A DNA stretch of 24,000 nucleotides from Marinagarivorans sp. (GTDB lineage: Bacteria; Pseudomonadota; Gammaproteobacteria; Pseudomonadales; Cellvibrionaceae), in assembly GCA_034519605.1 (NCBI GenBank), contig JAXHOG010000070.1, positions 72,948 to 96,947 on the forward strand. Direction: 5' to 3'. Numbering within the stretch: the first letter of the stretch is position 1; each line of letters starts with the position of its first letter. This document shows, in pieces, positions 15,314-21,684 of the stretch. A program made the position numbers and the translations under genes. Below the pieces are notes generated by a model, which worked only from the letters and a program-made list of their open reading frames with translations, was not told the origin of the DNA and did no database searches.

Positions 15314-15658
15314 ATGAAGCTCGACGATTTTCTACAACAATTACAACAAGCACCCGAAACCATTACCTTTGCCAACACCATGGATACCATTGCGGCCAAT
15401 TACCATTACACCGCAAGCGCGTTTAAAAATGGCGCGGCAATCAATGCATCTGGCAGCAATGAAGGGTCCTGTAAGTTATTTTATTTTGCAAAAATAAAAC
15501 AACTAACCCCCGTACAAACACTGGCATGCTTTGGTGATTATTATCGGATTGATGTACTGCAAAACCCTGAAGCTAACGACCATGCCAATATTCGCAACTT
15601 TATGGTAACGGGCTGGAACGGTGTTAGCTTTGAGGGCGAAGTATTAACCACGCGCTAA
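15314..15658 (+). CDS. HopJ type III effector family protein (small conserved protein, function unknown)
   Basis: 114 aa. ..NGAAINASGSNEGSCKLFYFAKIKQLTPVQTLACFGDYYRIDVLQNPEANDHANIRNFMVTGW.. matches my recollection of the HopJ (HopPmaJ) family. AGGAAA lies before the ATG, 43 nt after the flavoprotein gene. Confidence 0.75.
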   Translation: MKLDDFLQQLQQAPETITFANTMDTIAANYHYTASAFKNGAAINASGSNEGSCKLFYFAKIKQLTPVQTLACFGDYYRIDVLQNPEANDHANIRNFMVTGWNGVSFEGEVLTTR

Positions 15659-15672
15659 CCATTGAGACAATA

Positions 15673-15706
15673 AAGAGGTCTGCGCTAGCGAGATAGACCT
15701 CTTTTA
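15673..15706 (+). terminator. Rho-independent terminator after the yhiN-like/hopJ-like pair
   Basis: Stem AAGAGGTCT (15673-15681) / AGACCTCTT (15695-15703), 13-nt loop, followed by a T run. Confidence 0.8.
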
Positions 15707-16260
15707 ATTCAACATAAAATACCGAATCAATAACGAGGTAGCCATGACACTCACTCAATAACGACGCCCTAAATGCCCTAAAAATAGCCTTTAGCTATAT
15801 GCCAAAAACAATAAGAGGTCACCCGCTATGACTATGGTGATAACTATCAGCGGGTTTTAGAGCATCTTGAAACAGTAAGAAAAATACTTCTACTCAATGG
15901 CGTTGACCCAGAGGAGGTCAATGGGGAAATCAACCCCAACAACACGCCAAACTCCAGCTACTAGCTCAGCCGCCCACTTAACAAGCTATAAAATATTTCT
16001 AACTATTCAGCATTATGGTTAAAACGCCGTTGTGCGGTAATTTTCTGGGCCGCTAGGCCTACATGGATGTAGGTCATAAAGGTAATGCAGGAGCGATTAC
16101 CTACAAGCCATCTCTGCTTTGTGCTCCTGCAAAGCTCTACCCGCACGCATCCATGCTGGGGCCGGCGCTTCAATGCCCTGAAAATAACCACTCAACGGCT
16201 TCTCCCGCGTGTAATTAATGGATGGCTGAATAGTTACAAATATTTAATTCACCATGGCGG

Positions 16261-16692
16261 TTATTCTTTTGTTCGATATTCTTCACTCGCTAGGCGAATA
16301 CGCTCGGCAGGAATTTTAAGCTGTGCAATTAAATAGGCTTTAAATTCTTGAGTATAAGTTTGGCGATCAAGCGCGTACTGCATACAAAGCATCCATGCAT
16401 CGCGACCCTCGTAGCCTACGGGTAAATGGCGATGCGCATTGGGAATATGAATTTTGCCGAAATGCTCACCATACAACTTAGGCCCACCCAGCCAACCCGC
16501 TAAAAAGTACGTTAATTTTTGACGCGAACGCGTCAAATCATCAGGGTGCATTGCACGAATAGTTTGCGCTTCTGGCAATGAATCCATCGCCGTATAAAAT
16601 GCATCCACGAGGAGAGTTAAGCCAGCCAGCTCTCCTGCCGCACGGTAAGATGCATCTCCAACACCATAAGTATTATTTACGCTATTAACCAT
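16261..16692 (-). CDS. glbO: Group II (2/2, trHbO-like) truncated hemoglobin
   Basis: ..LLVDAFYTAMDS..MHPDDLTRSRQKLTYFLAGWLGGPKLYGEHFG..RHLPVGYEGRDAWMLCMQYAL.. follows the trHbO/YjbI pattern. That pattern is FY at B9-B10, HP-DL, GGP-Y, and RD-W--CM. Confidence 0.85.
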   Translation of the reverse strand: MVNSVNNTYGVGDASYRAAGELAGLTLLVDAFYTAMDSLPEAQTIRAMHPDDLTRSRQKLTYFLAGWLGGPKLYGEHFGKIHIPNAHRHLPVGYEGRDAWMLCMQYALDRQTYTQEFKAYLIAQLKIPAERIRLASEEYRTKE

Positions 16693-16725
16693 TTAAAAAA
16701 ACCATTTGAAAAAACATTTAAAAAC
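16690..16725. repeat. Three tandem copies of CATTT(A/G)AAAAA filling the cioB-glbO spacer
   Basis: Copies begin at 16690, 16703 and 16715. On the coding strand they read TTTTT(T/C)AAATG, and the last ATG (16692-16690) is the hemoglobin start codon. No SD is present. Confidence 0.8.
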
Positions 16726-16727
16726 GA

Positions 16728-17714
16728 TTACTCGTAACTCAAATCAGTCGCCTTGCCACGAAAAACCCAATAAGAATAAGCCGTGTAAAGACCAATAGTA
16801 GGCACCACAATTAGTGCACCCCACAATAAAAACTGCAGTGATTCTGGCGCACTAGCCGCCTCCCAAATGGTTAATCCGCCCGGCACAATAAAGGGATAAA
16901 AACTAAACGCTAAACCGCAAAAACTTAATATAAAAATAACCATCACAAGCAATAACGGCAGTAAATCATTGCGGCATTTTTTGGCGCGGACTATAAGCTC
17001 TAAATAGCCAAAACAAGCGATACAAAGCGCGGGGATAACGATCACAAACATGGCCAAAGGCATTTCAAACCAGCGCGCAAATACTTTGGGATTCACCCAT
17101 AAATTAGCCAAGCTAACAGCTATAATCCCTAAAAATGTCAGCCTATTAAATAAAGCTAACCAATTAAAAGCTCGCGTTTGCAGCTCGCCTTCGGTTTTAT
17201 ACACCAGCCATGCTGCCCCCATTAAACAGTAGGCCGCCGATACACCCACGCCACTTAATACCGAAAATAATTGCCCCTCCCAACCTTCGGCAAAACCCAC
17301 CACATAATTACCTAGCATATAGCCTTGGCAAAAACTGGTTAATAATGAGCCAAACCAAAAAGCTTTATCCCACAACTTTTTTTGGCTAACGCTCGTTTTT
17401 GCACGAAAATCAAAAGACACACCACGTAAAATCAAACCCACCAACATACACGTTGCAGGCAAATATAAATGGTAAAAAACAAGGCTGTGCGCCTTAGGAA
17501 AAGCAATTAATAAAATACCCACCGCTAGCACTAGCCACGTTTCGTTGGCATCCCAAAAAGGGCCGATGGAGGCAATCATTTTATCGCGCGCGGGCTCATC
17601 ACTCGGCGGTAACAGCATGCCCACACCCAAATCATAGCCATCGGCAATGGCATAAACTAAAACAGCAATACCCATTAAAATAATAAAAATAGTGGCTAAT
17701 AATTCGGCAGACAT
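16728..17714 (-). CDS. cydB: Cytochrome bd-type (CIO-like) ubiquinol oxidase subunit II
   Basis: The typical CydB N-terminus is present (..IFIILMGIAVLVYAIADGYDLGVGMLLP..IGPFWDANETWLV), with a polytopic membrane profile. GGAGG lies upstream. The ATG overlaps the subunit I stop (TAATG at 17712-17716). Confidence 0.93.
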   Translation of the reverse strand: MSAELLATIFIILMGIAVLVYAIADGYDLGVGMLLPPSDEPARDKMIASIGPFWDANETWLVLAVGILLIAFPKAHSLVFYHLYLPATCMLVGLILRGVSFDFRAKTSVSQKKLWDKAFWFGSLLTSFCQGYMLGNYVVGFAEGWEGQLFSVLSGVGVSAAYCLMGAAWLVYKTEGELQTRAFNWLALFNRLTFLGIIAVSLANLWVNPKVFARWFEMPLAMFVIVIPALCIACFGYLELIVRAKKCRNDLLPLLLVMVIFILSFCGLAFSFYPFIVPGGLTIWEAASAPESLQFLLWGALIVVPTIGLYTAYSYWVFRGKATDLSYE

Positions 17715-19087
17715 TAGGCGTTACCTCCTAACAATTTGTGCTCGGCAGGCGCGTTAACATGCGGGATTTCTGCATCATCGTATTCAGGAACAGCAACAGC
17801 CTTACGCGTCATACGCAAAAGCGTATAAATATACGCAAACAATAAAACCACATACAAACTTAAATATAAGGAGAGTGAAATACCCACATAACTTGGCGGC
17901 AAGGTGGTAGCAGCATCAGCCGTTTTTAATATGCCACTGACTAAATATGGCTGACGGCCAATTTCCGTCACATACCATCCCGCCAAAGTTGCCACCCAAC
18001 CAGAGAACATCATGCCCACAACAACAACTAAAACTGACTTAGGCGCGCTTTCTTTGCGCCACACAAAATAGGCACCAATCCATGCCACTAAAATCATCAG
18101 TACGCCCATACCCACCATCACCCTAAAACCCCAAAATACAGGCAATACCGGTGGGTGCTCACCTTTAAATTCATTCAGCCCTTTGATTTCACCATTTTTA
18201 TCGTGGGTTAAAATAAGGCTGGCAAGATTGGGAATACCCACAGCAAAATCATTGCGGCGCTCTTTCTCATTGGGAATAGCAAATAATAAAAGCGGTGCGC
18301 CTTTTTCGGTTTCCCACACGCCCTCCATCGCTGCAATTTTTTGCGGCTGATGATGTAAGGTATTTAAACCATGAAAGTCACCCACTAAAGCTTGCATGGG
18401 TGCCAATAACGCAGCCACTGTTAAGGCTATTTTTAAGGTTTTTTTCGGTGTATTTTTTGTATCGCCATGTAAAAGCCGATAGGCCGAAATGCCCGCCACC
18501 AAAAAAGAAGCCGTCAGGCCCGATGCAATTAACATATGCACAAAGCGATAGGGGAATGAAGGGTTAAAAATAATCGCAAACCAATCTACCGGGAAAGCCG
18601 CGCCATCGCGCATTTCGAAACCCGTCGGTGTTTGCATCCAAGAATTTAAGGCCAATATCCAAAATGCCGACATGGTCGTACCCAATGCAACCACAGCGGT
18701 AGCTATTGTGTGCACAACAGGACTCACGCGCCTTTGACCAAACAACATAATACCTAAAAAAGTGGCCTCTAAAAAAAATGCTGTTAGTACCTCGTAACCC
18801 AATAAAGGCCCCGCAATATTGCCTACTGCTTCCATGTAACCAGGCCAATTGGTACCAAACTGAAACGACATGGTAATACCGCTAACCACGCCCAACGCAA
18901 AGGTTAAGGCGAATATTTTTACCCAAAAACGATAAGCGCGATTCCACACCGGATGACCCGTTTGGTGGTGCCTAATCTTAAAAAACAATAAAAACCAACA
19001 CATTGCGATAGTAATTGTTGGAAAAAGAATATGAAAACTAATATTCGCTGCAAACTGTATTCGCGACAGCATTAAGGTATCTAACAT
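17714..19087 (-). CDS. cydA: Cytochrome bd-type ubiquinol oxidase subunit I, short Q-loop (cyanide-insensitive-oxidase-like)
   Basis: MLDTLMLSRIQFAANISFHILFPTITIAM.., GYEVLTAFFLEATFLGIMLFG and the conserved WMQTP segment. At 457 aa it is much shorter than long-Q-loop E. coli CydA (about 520 aa), consistent with the short-Q-loop/CIO subgroup. GGGAGGG RBS. Confidence 0.93.
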   Translation of the reverse strand: MLDTLMLSRIQFAANISFHILFPTITIAMCWFLLFFKIRHHQTGHPVWNRAYRFWVKIFALTFALGVVSGITMSFQFGTNWPGYMEAVGNIAGPLLGYEVLTAFFLEATFLGIMLFGQRRVSPVVHTIATAVVALGTTMSAFWILALNSWMQTPTGFEMRDGAAFPVDWFAIIFNPSFPYRFVHMLIASGLTASFLVAGISAYRLLHGDTKNTPKKTLKIALTVAALLAPMQALVGDFHGLNTLHHQPQKIAAMEGVWETEKGAPLLLFAIPNEKERRNDFAVGIPNLASLILTHDKNGEIKGLNEFKGEHPPVLPVFWGFRVMVGMGVLMILVAWIGAYFVWRKESAPKSVLVVVVGMMFSGWVATLAGWYVTEIGRQPYLVSGILKTADAATTLPPSYVGISLSLYLSLYVVLLFAYIYTLLRMTRKAVAVPEYDDAEIPHVNAPAEHKLLGGNA

Positions 19088-19179
19088 TTATCCCTCCCAG
19101 GCAAAACGCACTTACCACATTAAACACACAATAATAAAAAAAATATCGCAACAGTTTGTTGGACTACACAGCTGAATAG

Positions 19180-19716
19180 TTACACAGATTTCAGCTTACC
19201 TTTGAGATCAAAAATTTTGCTCACACCGCCACCTAGCTTCATCAGTGATTGCAAGGTTTTTGGCTGCATGCCACCCAATGCGTGCGACCACTGCGAAATC
19301 AATTCGAGCAGATCGTGAATTTCTTGTAGGCGCTGCAAACTGTATTTCTTTTCGCCGTCGGCCGCTAATAATTGTGAGCGCAAAAGCGACAAGGTTGGGT
19401 CAAGTTCACGCTTGCGTCGCTCTTCAAAAATTGTTTGGCCCATATCCCAAATACTACCGCTTGCGGTGTAATAATCTTTGCGGTCGCCAGGCTTATGCCT
19501 TAATTGGATTAGCCGCCACGACTGTAATTCTTTTAAGCCCATGCTGACATTGCCGCGACTCACACTTAAAGCCTTGGCTATTTGCTCGGCAGTTAAGGGC
19601 TCTTCAGTAATTACCAGCAGCGCGCATATTTGCCCCACTGTACGATTAAAACCCCAGCGGCTACCCATCTCCCCGCAATGCATTACAAATGCCTGGCTAT
19701 CATCCGACAACTGCAT
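19180..19716 (-). CDS. GbsR/MarR-type winged-helix transcriptional regulator
   Basis: ..FVMHCGEMGSRWGFNRTVGQICALLVITEEPLTAEQIAKALSVSRGNVSMGLKELQSWRLIQ..PGDRKDYY.. resembles GbsR-family (COG1510) regulators. AGAAGG lies 7 nt before ATG 19716. Confidence 0.8.
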   Translation of the reverse strand: MQLSDDSQAFVMHCGEMGSRWGFNRTVGQICALLVITEEPLTAEQIAKALSVSRGNVSMGLKELQSWRLIQLRHKPGDRKDYYTASGSIWDMGQTIFEERRKRELDPTLSLLRSQLLAADGEKKYSLQRLQEIHDLLELISQWSHALGGMQPKTLQSLMKLGGGVSKIFDLKGKLKSV

Positions 19717-19730
19717 ATCAAACCTTCTGA

Positions 19731-19754
19731 AGTTTCAGTATTTACTGAAATTCT
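19731..19754. promoter_or_regulatory. Overlapping palindromes built on CTGAA/TTCAG; candidate operator of the regulator-cio operon
   Basis: CTGAA-GT-TTCAG lies at 19731-19742. A perfect TTTCAGT-ATTT-ACTGAAA lies at 19737-19754. Both sit between the predicted -10 and the regulator ATG. Confidence 0.5.
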
Positions 19755-19781
19755 AGACTTTTGCTGACGCAAGTCAACAGC
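19754..19781 (-). promoter_or_regulatory. Sigma-70-like promoter for the regulator-cioAB-glbO operon
   Basis: The minus strand reads TTGACT (19781-19776), a 16-nt spacer, then TAGAAT (19759-19754). The predicted start site falls inside the palindrome, about 35-40 nt before ATG 19716. Confidence 0.55.
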
Positions 19782-19891
19782 ATTTTTTATTTTGGGGCAG
19801 CCCAAAAACCAAACGATGAGTTAAGCCAATAAGGTGAAAAGATGGGACTGCCGCGCCACTAGGTACGGCACAAATGTAAACAAGGGGGATA

Positions 19892-20179
19892 TCAGGGGTT
19901 ATCGGCTAACAACTTACACAGCAAAGTATTAAATAGTTGAATGTCTTGTTCGCTCAGACCTTTATAGCCCTGCTGCACAAGTCGTGTATGCTGTAATTGC
20001 TGCTTGTGCGTCAGCCGATTAAGCCATGTCGATTCGTGATCGTTATTGACGAGCATAATATTGCGATTGACGTGGCTACGCAGGAAGACGGCTCGCTGAA
20101 AACTCAAGGCACGCCCGAGCAATACAAACGCAAACTCTAAGTTTTTAATCGGGCCAATCGTTAATCGTTGGCCGCCCAA
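19892..20179 (-). CDS. Hypothetical 95-aa ORF (TTG start); weak resemblance to the C-terminal half of MarR-type regulators, possibly a truncated remnant
   Basis: The tail ..LNRLTHKQQLQHTRLVQQGYKGLSEQDIQLFNTLLCKLL resembles the end of MarR-family proteins. However, the N-terminal roughly 50 aa of such proteins is missing, there is no ATG start and no clear RBS. Confidence 0.3.
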   Translation of the reverse strand: MGGQRLTIGPIKNLEFAFVLLGRALSFQRAVFLRSHVNRNIMLVNNDHESTWLNRLTHKQQLQHTRLVQQGYKGLSEQDIQLFNTLLCKLLADNP

Positions 20180-20185
20180 GGGAAT

Positions 20186-20211
20186 ATTTTTTCGGGTAAT
20201 TTTTTCGGGTG
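20186..20211. repeat. 13-bp tandem duplication ATTTTTTCGGGTA / ATTTTTTCGGGTG
   Basis: Read directly, in the divergent region between the 95-aa ORF and regB. Confidence 0.8.
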
Positions 20212-20290
20212 TTGCCGATAATTAAAAGGATGCCGCCGCACTGGTGAGGCCACCCAACAGAAGCCAACACACTGATCATTGCGCCGCAAC

Positions 20291-20305
20291 GTGACAAAAT
20301 GTCAC
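20291..20305. promoter_or_regulatory. Perfect inverted repeat GTGACA-AAA-TGTCAC upstream of regB; candidate RegA/RoxR-type box
   Basis: Read directly. On the other strand it reads GTGACATTTTGTCAC, which fits all but one specified position of the RegR-box consensus as I remember it (GNGRCRTTNNGNCGC). It lies 85-99 nt upstream of ATG 20390. Confidence 0.4.
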
Positions 20306-20341
20306 ACCTTTAACGCCGAGCAAAGGGTTAAAATAAAAACA

Positions 20342-20389
20342 TTCATTCTTGCCAGCCTTCAAACTTTCATTATTACCAGCCTTCAAACT
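20342..20389. repeat. 24-bp tandem duplication ending exactly at the regB ATG
   Basis: TTCATTCTTGCCAGCCTTCAAACT (20342-20365) and TTCATTATTACCAGCCTTCAAACT (20366-20389) differ at 2 positions. ATG follows at 20390. Confidence 0.85.
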
Positions 20390-21679
20390 ATGCCACTACC
20401 TTTTTTCAATCTATCTAGATTTAATCACAACAATAATCACAGCAATAATCACAGTAATGCCAACGCCCTCATCAGTATGGTTAAGCTGCGCATGGCGATG
20501 CTTTTACTCATGCTAGTGATTTTGTTTTTTTGGCATTTTATTGTTGCGCCATTCACTCAATGGCACGCAACCGCCATTACAACCGTAATTACTTTTGCTT
20601 GGTCATTTGCGTTTTTAAATATTCAAAAATTGCGGTCGACGCCTTTTGCGGATATTCGTGAAGTATTGGTCGATATTTTCTGGGTGTTAGCCAGTGTTAT
20701 GGTTGCAGGCAGTTCAACTAATCCTTTTATTTATTATTATTTAGTAATTACAGCTTTTGCGGCCACGCTACTATCCAATAAAAAAGCGTGGCTGGTGTGG
20801 GCGCTATGCGTATTAATCTATAGCGTGTTATTAATGAGCGATGTAAAAAATCACTTTGAGCATTTTTCAAACGACTACAAAATTCATTTAATTGGTATGT
20901 GGGTAAACTATGTGGGTAGTGCGGCAGTAATTTGCTTTTTTGTTTCAAAGCTAATGAGTCACTTACGAAAACAACAGGAAAACATCACGGTAATTCGCGA
21001 AAACAATTTAAAAAATGAGCAGCTTATTGGCCTAGCGACAGTAGCGGCATCAACAATGCATAACCTTAATACGCCACTGACAACCTTAACTGTGCTCATT
21101 GATGATGTCGCAAGCAACCATAAGCTTGATCAAGAGCTTAATGGCGATCTCGCGTTAATGCGCCAACAAATATCGCGCTGCAATAGCACCATTCACGAAC
21201 TTTCAGAAATAGCTCAAAACAGTCATCGGCAAACACGTGTGAGCATTGGGCAGCTAGCAGCGGATATTAAAAATCATTACGCACTGCATCACCCCGAAAA
21301 AAAACCTAATATCACTACACTTTGCGATAATCAGCTACAGATAGAATGCAATGCTCTTTTTAAATATGCCGTCATTAATCTTATGAATAACGCTTTAGAT
21401 GCATCATCCTTGGCAGAAATGATTATTAGCTCAGCTAAAAATAACATCTATTTTGCAATTAAAAATACTCACGATCAATCTATAGAAGAGCTAACGCAAC
21501 ACTGGGGAAAACCAACCACATCAAGTAAAGAAGCAGGCCTTGGCATTGGTACTTTTTTAGCGAATAGCACTATTGAAAAACAAGGTGGCAGCGTATCACT
21601 GGACGTGACGCCGCAAAAAACGAGTGGCAATAAAGCCCAGGTATTGGTCACCATCACCTTCCCAATCGCCAAAGTATAA
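20390..21679 (+). CDS. regB: RegB/PrrB/ActS/RoxS-family redox-sensing membrane histidine kinase
   Basis: Polytopic N-terminal domain containing GSSTNPF (compare the RegB quinone-site motif GGXXNPF). The H-box is VAASTMHNLNTPLTTL. A Cys in ..MRQQISRCNSTIHEL lies exactly 40 residues after the H-box His, as I recall for the RegB redox-box Cys. The ATP-binding C-terminus contains GLGIGTFLA. The start is uncertain: ATG 20390 is chosen, ATG 20477 is possible, and the TTG 20279 in the track is unlikely. Confidence 0.85.
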   Translation: MPLPFFNLSRFNHNNNHSNNHSNANALISMVKLRMAMLLLMLVILFFWHFIVAPFTQWHATAITTVITFAWSFAFLNIQKLRSTPFADIREVLVDIFWVLASVMVAGSSTNPFIYYYLVITAFAATLLSNKKAWLVWALCVLIYSVLLMSDVKNHFEHFSNDYKIHLIGMWVNYVGSAAVICFFVSKLMSHLRKQQENITVIRENNLKNEQLIGLATVAASTMHNLNTPLTTLTVLIDDVASNHKLDQELNGDLALMRQQISRCNSTIHELSEIAQNSHRQTRVSIGQLAADIKNHYALHHPEKKPNITTLCDNQLQIECNALFKYAVINLMNNALDASSLAEMIISSAKNNIYFAIKNTHDQSIEELTQHWGKPTTSSKEAGLGIGTFLANSTIEKQGGSVSLDVTPQKTSGNKAQVLVTITFPIAKV

Positions 21680-21684
21680 AAACA

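Noticed and set aside
16003-16336. ORFs 16003-16191 (minus, 62 aa) and 16085-16336 (plus, 83 aa) in the gene-free gap.
   Set aside because: They overlap each other, and the second runs antisense into glbO. Their composition is Arg/Cys-rich with no motifs or RBS. The region is treated as non-coding with possible RNA elements instead.
19136-19161. Weak hairpin CAACA-N3-TGTTG followed (on the minus strand) by a T run of 8-9, in the regulator-cioA spacer. It was considered as an attenuator.
   Set aside because: The stem is only 5 bp and AT-rich, so its predicted stability is too low to call a terminator. It is kept only as a caveat that cioAB may also have its own promoter in this 92-bp spacer.
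16224-19184. The identical 14-mer GCTGAATAGTTACA occurs at 16224-16237 (just after the glbO stop) and at 19171-19184 (overlapping the regulator stop).
   Set aside because: A rough calculation gives an expected number of chance 14-mer matches, on both strands in 24 kb, of the order of one or two. The flanks do not extend the match, so I treat it as coincidence.
19794-19811. Hairpin TTTTGGG-GCAG-CCCAAAA, considered as a terminator for the 95-aa ORF or as an insulator before the cio promoter.
   Set aside because: On neither strand is the stem followed by a U-run (the minus strand continues TAAAAAA, the plus strand ACCAAAC). It is therefore not a canonical intrinsic terminator, and its function is unsupported.
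6484-20389. Whether any of the direct repeats constitutes a CRISPR array.
   Set aside because: All repeats are contiguous two- to four-copy tandem units of 8-24 bp with no spacers. There are no cas genes in the window.
725-21672. Numerous antisense or overlapping ORFs inside confidently called genes. They are 725-1015, 2271-2546, 2437-2634, 2775-3005, 4038-4403, 4925-5110, 5384-5602, 7263-7484, 7432-7641, 8189-8413, 9486-9668, 10288-10599, 10383-10583, 11524-11712, 13819-14214, 14646-14861, 17050-17232, 18295-18567, 18564-18848, 19245-19547, 19478-19756, 20748-20948 and 21475-21672.
   Set aside because: Each lies wholly within a longer gene that has clear family motifs. Their translations are low-complexity or Arg/Leu/Ser-biased shadows (for example the Glu/Leu/Ala-rich mirror of the poly-Ser linker at 8189-8413). 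They have no RBS, and many use non-ATG starts.
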